A stretch of DNA of 58,900 nucleotides. Origin: Spirochaetaceae bacterium. GTDB lineage: Bacteria; Spirochaetota; Spirochaetia; Treponematales; Rectinemataceae. Positions 9,803 through 19,478 of the stretch are shown here, one piece after another; position 1 is the first letter of the stretch, and the number at the start of each line of letters is the position of its first letter. A program made the translations under genes and the position numbers. The stretch lies in contig JAJFUL010000296.1 in assembly GCA_021372425.1 (NCBI GenBank), positions 1 to 58,900 of the forward strand, written 5' to 3'. The notes beneath the pieces are model-generated. The model was not told the origin of the DNA and ran no database searches. It saw only the letters and a list, made by a program, of their open reading frames with translations.

Positions 9803-10159
9803 ATGGACACAACCTTTACTGATCAGATGAAGAGCCTGCTCATTTCGCAAAAGCGGGAGATTCTTGAGGGTCTCGCCTCCACGAATGAGGAGTTCCGGGC
9901 AATAGTCGCTGAAATGGATCCTAAAGACGTGGCCGATGTGGCCTCCGATGATATCGACAGGAAAATGATCGAGGCCCTCGGGTCTCAGGATATAAAGCGA
10001 CTGAAAGCCATAGATGCCGCCCTTACGAGGATCAACCAGGGGCGTTATGGGCTCTGCATGTCGTGCGGCAAAAAGATTCCGCAGGAGCGCCTGGCGGCCA
10101 TCCCTTATGCCGTGCTTTGCATCGATTGCCAGAAAAGCGAGGAAAGAAGAAACCGCTAG
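9803..10159 (+). CDS. DksA/TraR-family C4 zinc-finger protein
   Basis: C-terminal CMSCGKKIPQERLAAIPYAVLCIDCQ four-Cys finger, preceded by a coiled-coil region. Start taken at ATG 9803 (MDTTF). Confidence 0.8.
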   Translation: MDTTFTDQMKSLLISQKREILEGLASTNEEFRAIVAEMDPKDVADVASDDIDRKMIEALGSQDIKRLKAIDAALTRINQGRYGLCMSCGKKIPQERLAAIPYAVLCIDCQKSEERRNR

Positions 10160-11073
10160 TCAAGCTTGATTTTCAAGGGGCAGGGCGCCACGCCCGCGAC
10201 TCCTGCCCCTTCAATTCCTAATTCCTGCCACTGAAGGTTCCCATCCAGAAACCAGACTGACTTGTATCCTGCAGCCTTTGCCATGTCAGCAGCGAGGCGT
10301 TGGCCTGGTCCCAAGTGTTGCGGCGCATGGGCATCATCACCGAAGGTTATCCTTATTTTCTTTTCGTGCATCTGCTTGAGCAAGGTCAGCGAAGGATAGA
10401 TGGCCTCCGTTTTGCCGCGCAGCAGGCCGCCTGCATTGATCTCGACCACAAGGTCTTTCTCGGCAGCGAGCTCCGCTGCCTGGAAGGCTGCCGATCGGTA
10501 GGCCGCCGAGTTTTCGTCGAACCATCGTTCCCCATCGTTGTTTTTCCTGACCAGGTCGAAATGACCGATTATATCGAAGCCTCCATGCACGATCATGCTG
10601 CAGAGATTCCGGAAATAGGCCTTCCAGACTAGGTCGGCGTCGCCATGGGCGCAGCGTCTGACATTCTGTGCAAAGGCCGTGGCGGGCTGATCGACAGTGA
10701 ATCGTTCCGATCCGTCGAACTGGACATAGTGAACCGAGCCAATCCTGAAGTCAGGTTCAATTGAACTGTAGCCCGGATAGCCAGGCCATGTAACCGTACT
10801 GCCGCTTGGTGCAGAGTCTCCAAGACTGTCAATCTCCAGGCCAAGCAATATGGTCATGCCGCGGGGAGCCCAGGCCGCCTGCAGTGAACGGATAGCAGAT
10901 GCATAGGCTGCCATCGAAGCCCAGGGCAGAGCGCCTTTTGCAGGGAAAGGCAGCGGGGCATGCGAAGAAAAACCGAGGAAGGAATAGCCTTTGTCGAAGG
11001 CGGCCTGCGCCATCACCGGCGCACTGGCCTTGCCGTCGCAGAAATCGCAGTGAGTGTGATAGCTGAAAAGCAT
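10156..11073 (-). CDS. PHP-family (HisJ-type) histidinol-phosphatase-like hydrolase
   Basis: N-terminal YHTHCDFCDGK and GFSSHAP PHP metal motifs, later GHFD. Confidence 0.75.
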   Translation of the reverse strand: MLFSYHTHCDFCDGKASAPVMAQAAFDKGYSFLGFSSHAPLPFPAKGALPWASMAAYASAIRSLQAAWAPRGMTILLGLEIDSLGDSAPSGSTVTWPGYPGYSSIEPDFRIGSVHYVQFDGSERFTVDQPATAFAQNVRRCAHGDADLVWKAYFRNLCSMIVHGGFDIIGHFDLVRKNNDGERWFDENSAAYRSAAFQAAELAAEKDLVVEINAGGLLRGKTEAIYPSLTLLKQMHEKKIRITFGDDAHAPQHLGPGQRLAADMAKAAGYKSVWFLDGNLQWQELGIEGAGVAGVAPCPLKIKLD

Positions 11074-11108
11074 GCCATACTATATCGACAGGGCAGGATT
11101 ACGGCTAT

Positions 11109-12287
11109 ATGCAGACAGGCGCATGCCGGCAGAGCTTGACGGTTCGATGCGGCGGCAATTACTATAAAAACATGGAAAAAGAGCGCCCTCAAACCTCGAG
11201 CCTGCAGAACCTGCTTGGTGCGCTTCCCGATATAGTCTATATTCTGGATGGAAGTGGCCATTTCATCTATCTGAACTCCGCGATCCAACAGCTAGGCTGG
11301 AAGCCCGAAGAGCTCCTGGGCAGGCATTTCACGGAGATCCTGTTCGAGGAAGACAGGTCGCGCGTTTCCCGCGATGCGGTACTGGCAGAAATCCATTCCC
11401 AGCCGGCTTTCCCGGCCATTCCGCCCAAGCTTTTCGACGAACGGCGTTCGGGGGAGCGGATGACCCGCAATCTCGAGGTGCGGATGCTGCACCATGACTC
11501 AGGCGAGATTCGGTATGGCCTCGTCAACGCCTACGGAGAGCCTGAGGTGAGTTCCTCGCTCAGCGTGGTTTTTTCGAATGCCGGACCGGTGACATTCGGT
11601 GTGATCCACGACAACACGATGACCCATCTTTACCAGAAAAGCCTTGAGGAAAACCTGAAGGCCAAGGAACTGCAGCTCCGCGAGACGCATCACCGGGTAA
11701 AGAATAACCTGCAGGTCATGGCAAGTCTTGCGCATCTGCGCGAAATGGAGGCCCATGACGAAGCTACGCGCGACATCCTGTCGGAATTGATCGCCCAGAT
11801 AAAATCAATGTCGATCATCCATGAGACGCTTGGCCAGACAGAGAATATCGAAGGAGTCGATGCGCACGACTATTTTCTGCGATTCGCCAAACTGATGGAG
11901 CAGACCTATGGTTATGTCGGGTCCCCTGTTTCGCTTTCGACGACTGCGGAAGCCTGCATTGTCGATGCCGAAACGCTTTCCTTCATGGCCATGATCGCCA
12001 ATGAATTGCTCTCGAATGCTTACAGGCATGCGTTCCCCGACAAAAGGAAAGGCGAGATCCGGCTTTCCTTTTCCTGCCGGGATGGCAGTTACCGGCTGGT
12101 GGTCAGTGACAACGGCATAGGCTTCGGGGAACAATACAAGGGGCAGGGTGTTCCGAATGCCGGCCTTGGAAGCGAAATAGTGGAGGCGCTGGCGGCGCAG
12201 CTGGGCGGCTCCTTGAAGCGATCATCCGGGCAGGGTACTACGATCGAACTGAGTGTTCCCATGACCCACCAAGTACAGGGAGAGTGA
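11109..12287 (+). CDS. PAS-domain sensor histidine kinase (HisKA_2/HWE-like)
   Basis: PAS segment (YILDGSGHFIYLNSAIQQLGWKPEELLGRHF), H-box ETHHRVKNNLQVMASL, ATPase boxes NELLSNAYRHAF, DNGIGF, GLGSEIV. The start is uncertain; an alternative ATG is at 11172. Confidence 0.75.
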   Translation: MQTGACRQSLTVRCGGNYYKNMEKERPQTSSLQNLLGALPDIVYILDGSGHFIYLNSAIQQLGWKPEELLGRHFTEILFEEDRSRVSRDAVLAEIHSQPAFPAIPPKLFDERRSGERMTRNLEVRMLHHDSGEIRYGLVNAYGEPEVSSSLSVVFSNAGPVTFGVIHDNTMTHLYQKSLEENLKAKELQLRETHHRVKNNLQVMASLAHLREMEAHDEATRDILSELIAQIKSMSIIHETLGQTENIEGVDAHDYFLRFAKLMEQTYGYVGSPVSLSTTAEACIVDAETLSFMAMIANELLSNAYRHAFPDKRKGEIRLSFSCRDGSYRLVVSDNGIGFGEQYKGQGVPNAGLGSEIVEALAAQLGGSLKRSSGQGTTIELSVPMTHQVQGE

Positions 12288-12291
12288 TCTG

Positions 12292-13227
12292 ATGAACCAG
12301 AAGCATGAATTAGTAATTATTGGCGCCGGCCCCGCGGGGCTTGCTGCGGCCCAGTACGCCGCCCGCGCCAATCTCGACGTGCTCGTCATAGAAGAGTTTT
12401 CGGCCGGAGGCCAGAGCCTTGCCATTGATAAGCTTGAAAATTACCCGGGAATTCTGGAACCAGTGTCAGGCTTCCAGCTCGCTGATATGATGCGGACCCA
12501 GGCCGAGCGTTTCGGGGCCAGTTTCATCTCCGCATCGGTACTGGCAGTGAAGAAGTGCGACCGTGATTTTGCGATCGATACGAGCGAGGGAAGTATCGAA
12601 GCTGGAGCCGTAATCGTCGCCACAGGGGCAAAACACCGACACATCGGGGTTCCTGGCGAGGAAGCATTCGCGGGGAAGGGGGTTTCTTATTGCGCTACCT
12701 GCGATGGGCCATTTTTCAGGGGGAAACGGATTTTCGTCATCGGCGGAGGGGATTCTGCCTGTGATGAGGCCATGTATCTCGCCAAGCTCTCGGACCAGGT
12801 CATCATGATCCATCGCAAGGAACGGTTCCGGGCACAGAAAGCCCTGGCTTCGCAGGTCAATGCAAACCCGCATATACATGTACTTTTCAATACGACGGCA
12901 GTTGAGATAAAGGGTGGCAAGAAGGTAGAGTCGATCCTGCTGCGCAATGTTGTCACCAATGAAACGCATGAAGAGCCCGCGGACGCAGTCTTCGTCTTCA
13001 TCGGCTCGGACCCTCAGACGGGCATAGTGCCTTTTGTCTCCAAAGACAAGACCGGATCGATTCTGGTCGATGATCACATGCGGACCAGTGTTCCCGGCCT
13101 GTTTGCCGCGGGAGACGTGCGCGTCTCGCCCTTCCGGCAGATCGTGACAGCCTGCGCGGACGGGGCGATCGCCGCGCATGCAGCTTCACAGTATCTGGAT
13201 GAGGTCCAGGGGAATGCATATCGCTGA
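12292..13227 (+). CDS. trxB: Thioredoxin-disulfide reductase
   Basis: FAD motif IIGAGPAGLAAAQYAAR, redox-active CATCDG, NADPH motif VIGGGDSACDEA. Confidence 0.9.
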   Translation: MNQKHELVIIGAGPAGLAAAQYAARANLDVLVIEEFSAGGQSLAIDKLENYPGILEPVSGFQLADMMRTQAERFGASFISASVLAVKKCDRDFAIDTSEGSIEAGAVIVATGAKHRHIGVPGEEAFAGKGVSYCATCDGPFFRGKRIFVIGGGDSACDEAMYLAKLSDQVIMIHRKERFRAQKALASQVNANPHIHVLFNTTAVEIKGGKKVESILLRNVVTNETHEEPADAVFVFIGSDPQTGIVPFVSKDKTGSILVDDHMRTSVPGLFAAGDVRVSPFRQIVTACADGAIAAHAASQYLDEVQGNAYR

Positions 13228-14974
13228 GTCTGTCTGCGGAAAGCAGGGACGCTGGCGCCTGGCGAAGGTCGCGTTGTGCGCCGGCGCCCTTTTTCTGACA
13301 GGCTTCGAGGGAGCTGCGTCTGCTTCGGCATCGCGCGATTTCTGGAATGAAAAGGAATTCTCGCTCTGGCCCGAGTTTATCCAGAAATCCAGGGCCCGTT
13401 CGCTGGCTGAAGGCTATGTGGACATGATGGGTGATGAGGAAATCCTCTCTCAGGTACTCATGGTCGGCTATGCCGGAACTACACCATCCGAGGGGCTCCT
13501 TCGATGGATCGGGAAATATGGCATAGGCGGCATCAAGATTTTCGGGTGGAATGCAGAGAATACGACGACCCTCGCGGGTGCGATCGAGAAAATGCAATCC
13601 ACATCTATGAAAAGCCCTCATTCGATTCCAGCCCTTGTGGCCACGGACCAGGAAGGCGGATGGATCCGCCATGTAAAGGGGCGTACTTCCGAATCGCCCG
13701 GCAACATGGCGATCGGGGCTACCGGATCTTCATCAGATGCATTCAAGGCAGGCTACCTGATTGGAAAGGAGTTGAGGGTACTGGGCATAACGATGAATTT
13801 TGCGCCCGATATCGACCTTGCGACCAATCCTTCCAGCACCATCATTGGTCCCCGTGCATTTTCTGACGATCCGGCAGTCGTGGCAAGGCTGGGCAATTCC
13901 TACGCCTCGGGCTCTCTCCGCGCGGGCGTCATCCCGACCGCGAAACACTATCCCGGCCATGGCGCGACCTCCCGGGACTCACACGGGACGCTCCCCGTCA
14001 TCGATATCGACTCAAAAACATTCGAGCAGCGCGAACTGAAGCCTTTTTCTGCCCTGGCGCAGGCGGAAATCCCGGCGATGATGAGCGGTCACCTTGCCTT
14101 CCCGAGGGTAACAGGCAATGAGGACCCGGCATCACTTTCCGAAAAGCTGATCACTGGCTATCTGCGCGGGAAGCTACGCTACAAGGGCCTGGTCATCACC
14201 GATGATCTCTACATGGTTGGGGCCCTCGGGTCGCAGACGATACTCGAGACCTGCATCAAGGCCCTCATGGCGGGAAACGACATGCTCCTGCTGTCCACGG
14301 CACCGGAACTTGGCGGCTCGCTCTGGAACGGCCTCCTTGACCGATACAGGTCGGATACGAAATTCAGGGAAAGAGTCAAGGCAGCTGCAACTACGGTGCT
14401 GACAGTCAAGTTCCGCTACCTGCGTCCCCTGGGCAAGAAGGGAATCCTGCCACAACCTTCCAGTGTGGAAGGGCTTCTTCCGGATCCGGAAGCGACCAAG
14501 TTCTTCAATGACTTGGCCAGGCGCAGCGCATCGGTGATTGGATCCAGGAAGAATCTGCCTTTCAGGCCCAAGGGAAAGGTCATGATAGCGGGGCCTTTTG
14601 ACACCTTCATTTCGCGGGGCTGCAAAGCATATCCCAACTCAATCAGTTTCAATTTTTCCTTTCACCCTGATGCCGAGGCTAAGCCAAGCGAGCTCAAGCT
14701 GTTCAAGGCGAGTCTGACAGGCTGCAAGGCTGCCATCATCTGCGTGGCGAATCCGGCTGGACTGCAGTTCGCCGAAGCGGCGTACAAGGAGGGCCTGGAC
14801 GTGGCGATCGTCTCTGTGCTTTCACCCGCGCATGTCAAGAGCGCCTCGTGGTCTAAGGCGACCGTAGCCGTATATCATTACGCCGCAATCTGCTTGCAGG
14901 CCGGGCTTGATGTGCTTCATGGAGATCTCCGCGGGCAGGGCAGGGTGCCAATCTCGATGTCTGGCCAGCCTTAG
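13214..14974 (+). CDS. Glycoside hydrolase family 3 beta-N-acetylhexosaminidase-like, secreted
   Basis: Signal-peptide-like N-terminus (LAKVALCAGALFLTGFEGAASA). GH3 motifs ATDQEGG, NFAPDIDL, KHYPGHG, ITDDL. Start taken at ATG 13214, which overlaps the trxB end by 14 nt. Confidence 0.8.
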   Translation: MHIAESVCGKQGRWRLAKVALCAGALFLTGFEGAASASASRDFWNEKEFSLWPEFIQKSRARSLAEGYVDMMGDEEILSQVLMVGYAGTTPSEGLLRWIGKYGIGGIKIFGWNAENTTTLAGAIEKMQSTSMKSPHSIPALVATDQEGGWIRHVKGRTSESPGNMAIGATGSSSDAFKAGYLIGKELRVLGITMNFAPDIDLATNPSSTIIGPRAFSDDPAVVARLGNSYASGSLRAGVIPTAKHYPGHGATSRDSHGTLPVIDIDSKTFEQRELKPFSALAQAEIPAMMSGHLAFPRVTGNEDPASLSEKLITGYLRGKLRYKGLVITDDLYMVGALGSQTILETCIKALMAGNDMLLLSTAPELGGSLWNGLLDRYRSDTKFRERVKAAATTVLTVKFRYLRPLGKKGILPQPSSVEGLLPDPEATKFFNDLARRSASVIGSRKNLPFRPKGKVMIAGPFDTFISRGCKAYPNSISFNFSFHPDAEAKPSELKLFKASLTGCKAAIICVANPAGLQFAEAAYKEGLDVAIVSVLSPAHVKSASWSKATVAVYHYAAICLQAGLDVLHGDLRGQGRVPISMSGQP

Positions 14975-14976
14975 AT

Positions 14977-15909
14977 ATGTCAGGAGGATGGAATCCTGCA
15001 GGTACGGGAGACATGGAGCAGCTCGCCCAGTTTCTTGTGCATGAGGAATATCGCTGCGTGGCCGGATCTGAAGCGGCCAGGCCGCTGGTGGCGCAAGTCT
15101 GGTTCAATGGTACGGGAAGACGGTCCCGGAGCAGCGGTCTCCTTGTTCATCATGGGTGTCTGGATAATTCCCTCGTAGATGGAATGGCATTGCTGCAACC
15201 GCAGGGAAGCAGCTATTGCATCCTGCCCGGGGACGGCGCCGATGATGGCGAACTGGCCTGGAAACTCCAGCTCTTTCGGCCCATCAAGGGCTTTTACGGG
15301 GAAAAATCCGATATATCCCGCGTGCAGGGCTTTGTCGCCACAAAGGCCCTGGAAGAGCGCGATTTTCTGCTCATGGTTTTGGACAGTGGACAGAAAGAGG
15401 AGATGGAACCTCTTGGGGCTGCCTTGCTGTCTTGCTTCCTTTCGACGCAGGAATTGGCGCTGCACTGTGGAACGATCAGGCAGGATGGTCTACTGGTCCG
15501 GGATGCAGACAAGAATGATTTCCGTGAGCTTTGCAGGTTGCATGAGGAATATCTTGATGAGGAACTACAGTTGCACACGGTTTCATCGCGGTGGACCCTG
15601 CACCAGAAAGTAAATTCACTCCTTGAGCAGCAGCACATTGTGTTGGCATTCAAGGATGGAAAGCCTGCGGGGAAGGCGAATACGAACGCGCGCGGTCTGG
15701 CAGCCGATCAGATTGGCGGCGTTTATGTCCGCCCGGAGTTCCGCAACCAGGGAATCGCCACTGCAATGGTCGGGCACCTGTCCGGGGCAATCCGCGCGCG
15801 CGGCCGGAATTGTATCCTTTATGTCAGGCCGGAAAATCGCGCGGCGCGGCGGGTCTACGAAAAGCTGGGTTTTTCAGCGATCGGCGTGTACCGATCGGTT
15901 TATTTCTGA
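14977..15909 (+). CDS. GNAT-family N-acetyltransferase with an N-terminal domain I cannot identify
   Basis: C-terminal acetyl-CoA motif VYVRPEFRNQGIATAMV and ...YEKLGF. Confidence 0.65.
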   Translation: MSGGWNPAGTGDMEQLAQFLVHEEYRCVAGSEAARPLVAQVWFNGTGRRSRSSGLLVHHGCLDNSLVDGMALLQPQGSSYCILPGDGADDGELAWKLQLFRPIKGFYGEKSDISRVQGFVATKALEERDFLLMVLDSGQKEEMEPLGAALLSCFLSTQELALHCGTIRQDGLLVRDADKNDFRELCRLHEEYLDEELQLHTVSSRWTLHQKVNSLLEQQHIVLAFKDGKPAGKANTNARGLAADQIGGVYVRPEFRNQGIATAMVGHLSGAIRARGRNCILYVRPENRAARRVYEKLGFSAIGVYRSVYF

Positions 15910-15924
15910 TGAGAGGAATATTGC

Positions 15925-16548
15925 ATGATTCATCTTGAGAATTCCGGCAGCAGCAGGATTCTGCATGAGGTCGATCTTTCGGGCATGTTGCTCGTTGACG
16001 AAGAGCTCTGCGGCATCGACGAGGCGGGCAGGGGGCCTCTTGCAGGACCTGTTTGCGCGGCGGCCGTCATCTTGCCTGCGGATTTCCCTTTACAAATGCT
16101 GGATGATTCCAAGGCCCTGACGCCGCGTAAACGAGATCTGGCCTACGACATGATTGTTGAGAGGGCAGTGGCATGGGCAGTGGGCTGGTCCACCTGCGCT
16201 GAAATTGGAAGGCTCAATATTCTACAGGCCAGCCTGCTCGCCATGCAGAGAGCGTTCGATGCGCTCGGGACTAAGCCTGGTCTCGTCCTGGTAGATGGAA
16301 ACAAGGCTCCGAGCCTGTCTTGCCCGGCGGTCTATCCTGTGGTGAAAGGGGATGCGCTGGTCCCTGCGATCATGGCAGCTTCAATAATGGCCAAAGTAGC
16401 CCGCGACCGCGTGATGTACCAGTTGGACAGGGTGGAGCCATGCTATGGTTTTGCAGGGCACAAGGGCTATCCGACGCAGGCGCACAAGCAGGCCATCAGG
16501 GAAAATGGGCTTTCGCAATGGGCGAGGCCAGGGTTCTGCGTGGATTGA
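15925..16548 (+). CDS. rnhB: Ribonuclease HII
   Basis: GIDEAGRGPLAGPV active-site motif, DDSKAL, ASIMAKVARD. Confidence 0.9.
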   Translation: MIHLENSGSSRILHEVDLSGMLLVDEELCGIDEAGRGPLAGPVCAAAVILPADFPLQMLDDSKALTPRKRDLAYDMIVERAVAWAVGWSTCAEIGRLNILQASLLAMQRAFDALGTKPGLVLVDGNKAPSLSCPAVYPVVKGDALVPAIMAASIMAKVARDRVMYQLDRVEPCYGFAGHKGYPTQAHKQAIRENGLSQWARPGFCVD

Positions 16549-16555
16549 ATCTATC

Positions 16556-17200
16556 TCAGTCTTCGCTTTTTTTCGCTTTCCTGACAATGATCTTTCTGGC
16601 GGGCTTGCCTTCAGCGCGATCCGCCTGGCGCGATGCCGGGCGTTTTTCGGCTGAACTGAAGCGTACTGCCGGTTTCGCCTGCCTCCGGCGATCGGACGAG
16701 TAGTCAGGACGACCACCTGCAGGCGGGCGATGATCGGACGAGTAGGCGGGGCGGTCTCTTGCGGGGGCGCGGTGATCAGACGAACTGGAATCGCCATATT
16801 TTCTGTATGGCTTGGGGGGCTTGTCCGAAGAACGTTCGAAAGATCTTTCGGAGGAACGGGGGTAGGAGTCGCCTCTCTGGAATCCGCCCCTCTCGCTCGA
16901 AGCAGTGCGCCGGTCATAGCCGTCGTCATTGTCTCCGCGATCGTAGAGGGATGCATCGGCAGGAACCTTGTTTCCGGTTTTGTCCATGAATTTGAGCGCT
17001 GACTGGAAAGACTTGAGGAAGCCTTCCATGTGCTCGCCAAATACGACGATGGAACGGCGGTCGAAGCTCTCCCCTTCGCTCGGCTTGCTCTCAACGATAC
17101 TCAGAAAAACGTCACCGGTCCGGTTCTGCTTGACGTTGAAAAAATAAGTTCTGCCATCACACATGAACTTGGTCGAGAACAATTCACCGCGGATACCCAT
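16556..17200 (-). CDS. PUR-alpha/Bpur-like nucleic-acid-binding protein (DUF3276 type) with a repetitive basic tail
   Basis: N-terminal GELFSTKFMCDGRTYFFNVKQNRTGDVFLSIVESK...IVVFGEHMEGF is PUR-repeat-like. ATG at 17200 has AAGGAG 5 nt upstream. The track ORF extends to 17251. Confidence 0.7.
   Translation of the reverse strand: MGIRGELFSTKFMCDGRTYFFNVKQNRTGDVFLSIVESKPSEGESFDRRSIVVFGEHMEGFLKSFQSALKFMDKTGNKVPADASLYDRGDNDDGYDRRTASSERGGFQRGDSYPRSSERSFERSSDKPPKPYRKYGDSSSSDHRAPARDRPAYSSDHRPPAGGRPDYSSDRRRQAKPAVRFSSAEKRPASRQADRAEGKPARKIIVRKAKKSED
16689..16786 (-). repeat. Tandem 42-nt (14-codon) coding repeat, about 2.3 copies
   Basis: GATCGGACGAGTAG... recurs at 16689, 16731 and, partially, 16773. 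It encodes YSSDHR(P/A)PA(G/R)(G/D)RP(D/A) units in the tail of the PUR-like protein. Confidence 0.6.
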
Positions 17201-17294
17201 TCTTACTCCTTGCAGAGGGTTCATCCTACACTCCGGAAGCTCTTTGCACAAGGCACCGGAAGCTTGCCTTCATACCGTCTCGCCCTACGGTCGA

Positions 17295-19382
17295 TCAGCT
17301 GTCGGCTGCCCTCACCATCCTCGTATGCCAATCCAGCAGGTACGCCTCGTCCTTGTGCGTGCCTCCGTCGATATCGGCCATTATCCTGAACACAGGCTCG
17401 GTGCCTGAGCCGCGCAGCCAAAGGAAAGCCTTGTCCTGTACCCTGATGCCCCGTGCCGCGGAAAACACGATACGCAACCCCCCTGTGCCCGACAGCGCAA
17501 AATCATCGCCAATCTCTTTTTCATGGCTTCCGTTGGTGGCAAGGGCACGCCATGTCTCGATTCCAAAACGGTTCCGGAGCTCGTCTTTCCGCTGCTCCCA
17601 TTCGCGCAGGAAAATATCGCGATAGGCAGTCTTCAATTTTGCATGATCGCCAGCCTTGACCCGCAAGGCCGCCCGCTCCTCGAAGACGCTGGTGGTCGAC
17701 CAGAGCGGAAGCGTATCGATGATGTCCGACAGGTCGTAGTCGGGGCGATAGGGCTCTTCCTGGCTGCAGGATTCGAGCCAGATGCGGAAGAGGTTCTGCC
17801 CGGTGCTGTCGGTAAACCTGAGCAGCTTGATCATGGCGCCAACCGTGGAAAGCGGATCGCGCACTTTTGCAGGATGAGTAATGTTGCCGCCATTTGAGCC
17901 TTCGCCGAGAATCCGGACAGTCCAGCCTTTGGAGCGCAGCTGTTCGGCCAGGTTGACGACGTTCGCTTCCCCCGTTTCCGCCCTGAAAACGCTTGCGCCG
18001 AACTGCGCGGCGATCCGCTCGATCCTCATGCTGGTGGCATCGTTCACGACGATTGCTGTCTTGCCCGCGGCTGCGGTACCGTTTGCGCCAGGGGCACTTC
18101 CGCGCCCGGAAAGCGCGAGGGTAGCCAATTCCGCGACGCAGGACAGCGCGAAGACTTCCTGAGCCTCGAGAGCCCTGGCTTTCTGCGCCCGCCTGTCGTA
18201 GTACACAAGGTTGCCCCTGTCGCCATCGCAGTCGGGCACATAGCCCAGCTCGAAGCACTGGTCCAGTTTTCGCGCTTCCTGCAGCTTCAAGGCACAAAGC
18301 GATAGGGATGAGCCCTCGGGCACGATCCTGTGGGCGAAAGCCCTCGGCGAATCGTTGATGAAACTGGTCTTGATCCCCAGGCCCGCAAGGAAATCCTCGT
18401 CGATCGAGGTGCTTCGCGCCGAGCCGTTCAGTTCCCCGACAATGCCAAGGGGCCTCTTTTCGCATTCGGCAGCCAGGGTGTCGAGGAATTTCGCCTGGTC
18501 TGCAAGCTCATGCTCGGCGGTGATCACCTCGTGCGTGAAGAGCGTATACGCGGAAACAGCCTGGCGCTTCCATGACGAAACGGAGATATAGCATTTTGTC
18601 AGCTGCTGCGGTTTTGCAGCGCCGATCAGGCTGAGTGCGAGGCTGACACAGTCCTCCCTGCCCAGGAACGCCTTCAGCGTTGTGATGAGCGGGCTTACCT
18701 CGGCTGGAGACAGAACGCCGCCCGAGACGAGGCCGAATTTGACGCCATTATGGCCGGGAGGGTTGTGGCTAGCCGATAGGTAGACGAATCCGTCGGCATG
18801 GCGATCGTCATCGGGGGGGAGGGCCCCCGATGTGGCCGCGAATGCCATGATTTCGGGCGCAGCTATGATGAAGCAGTAATGCACTTCGATTCCCATGCCG
18901 AGCAGGACACGGGCGAAAACATCAGCCATTGCAGGTCCTGTTGGCCTGGAATCGATGCCGAGGATGATGGCCGGCTGCATGTCCGGCTCCTTGCCCTGCG
19001 CCCCGCCTGGCTGGCTTTTCACCGCGCCTTGTCGTGCCGGCGCCGCATTCTTCCGCTCCAGGATGAAGTCCCCGAATGTCTTGGCCATGAGGGCGCAGAT
19101 CACCCTGTCCTCCGGCGAGATGCGGGGACTGAGGGAATTGTCAGCCGGGGCCTTTGTATGGGCGTCTCCTGCCCTGATAACGCTCTTTCCGGCCGACCAG
19201 GGCGCATAGGCGTCATTGGCGGCGGGCCAGGCAAAGACCTTCCGCCAGCCCGAGGCCGAAAGGATGAGACTTTGTGCGGACTCAAGGACAGATTCCCGTG
19301 ACGGCGCTTCTTTTTGCGTCAAAGGTATTTTTTGGGGATCGCCGATTTCGAAACCGGTGCCCGGATGCTGGATTAATGACAA
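17295..19382 (-). CDS. Alpha-D-phosphohexomutase family protein (phosphoglucomutase/phosphomannomutase-like)
   Basis: Active-site LSASHNPPGHNGVKF, metal loop PDCDGDRGN, sugar loop GEGSNGG, phosphate loop LRGSGTEPVFRI. Start proposed at TTG 19382, with AAGGAG 6 nt upstream and TATAAT further upstream. The track ORF to 19706 would overlap the divergent gene at 19479. Confidence 0.8.
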   Translation of the reverse strand: MSLIQHPGTGFEIGDPQKIPLTQKEAPSRESVLESAQSLILSASGWRKVFAWPAANDAYAPWSAGKSVIRAGDAHTKAPADNSLSPRISPEDRVICALMAKTFGDFILERKNAAPARQGAVKSQPGGAQGKEPDMQPAIILGIDSRPTGPAMADVFARVLLGMGIEVHYCFIIAAPEIMAFAATSGALPPDDDRHADGFVYLSASHNPPGHNGVKFGLVSGGVLSPAEVSPLITTLKAFLGREDCVSLALSLIGAAKPQQLTKCYISVSSWKRQAVSAYTLFTHEVITAEHELADQAKFLDTLAAECEKRPLGIVGELNGSARSTSIDEDFLAGLGIKTSFINDSPRAFAHRIVPEGSSLSLCALKLQEARKLDQCFELGYVPDCDGDRGNLVYYDRRAQKARALEAQEVFALSCVAELATLALSGRGSAPGANGTAAAGKTAIVVNDATSMRIERIAAQFGASVFRAETGEANVVNLAEQLRSKGWTVRILGEGSNGGNITHPAKVRDPLSTVGAMIKLLRFTDSTGQNLFRIWLESCSQEEPYRPDYDLSDIIDTLPLWSTTSVFEERAALRVKAGDHAKLKTAYRDIFLREWEQRKDELRNRFGIETWRALATNGSHEKEIGDDFALSGTGGLRIVFSAARGIRVQDKAFLWLRGSGTEPVFRIMADIDGGTHKDEAYLLDWHTRMVRAADS

Positions 19383-19478
19383 TAGTTGCTCCTTTAGACC
19401 CTGATTATAGCGATCCGGCGGCCAATATTCCACTGACGTTGTTGCGTGGCGCCCTTGGAATGAGTATCTTTTATCCCT

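Noticed and set aside
13178-13213. Upstream extension of the GH3 gene (track start 13178)
   Set aside because: It overlaps the last 50 nt of trxB. The ATG at 13214 is followed directly by a signal-peptide-like segment.
17521-18465. 314-aa extremely Arg-rich alternative-frame ORF inside the phosphohexomutase gene (same strand), plus several similar ORFs (for example 12466-13179, 19854-20645, 42593-43387, 44678-45505, 46808-47449, 57219-57977)
   Set aside because: These are alternative-frame or antisense ORFs that overlap genes with unambiguous catalytic motifs. Their compositions are what out-of-frame reading of GC-rich coding DNA produces.
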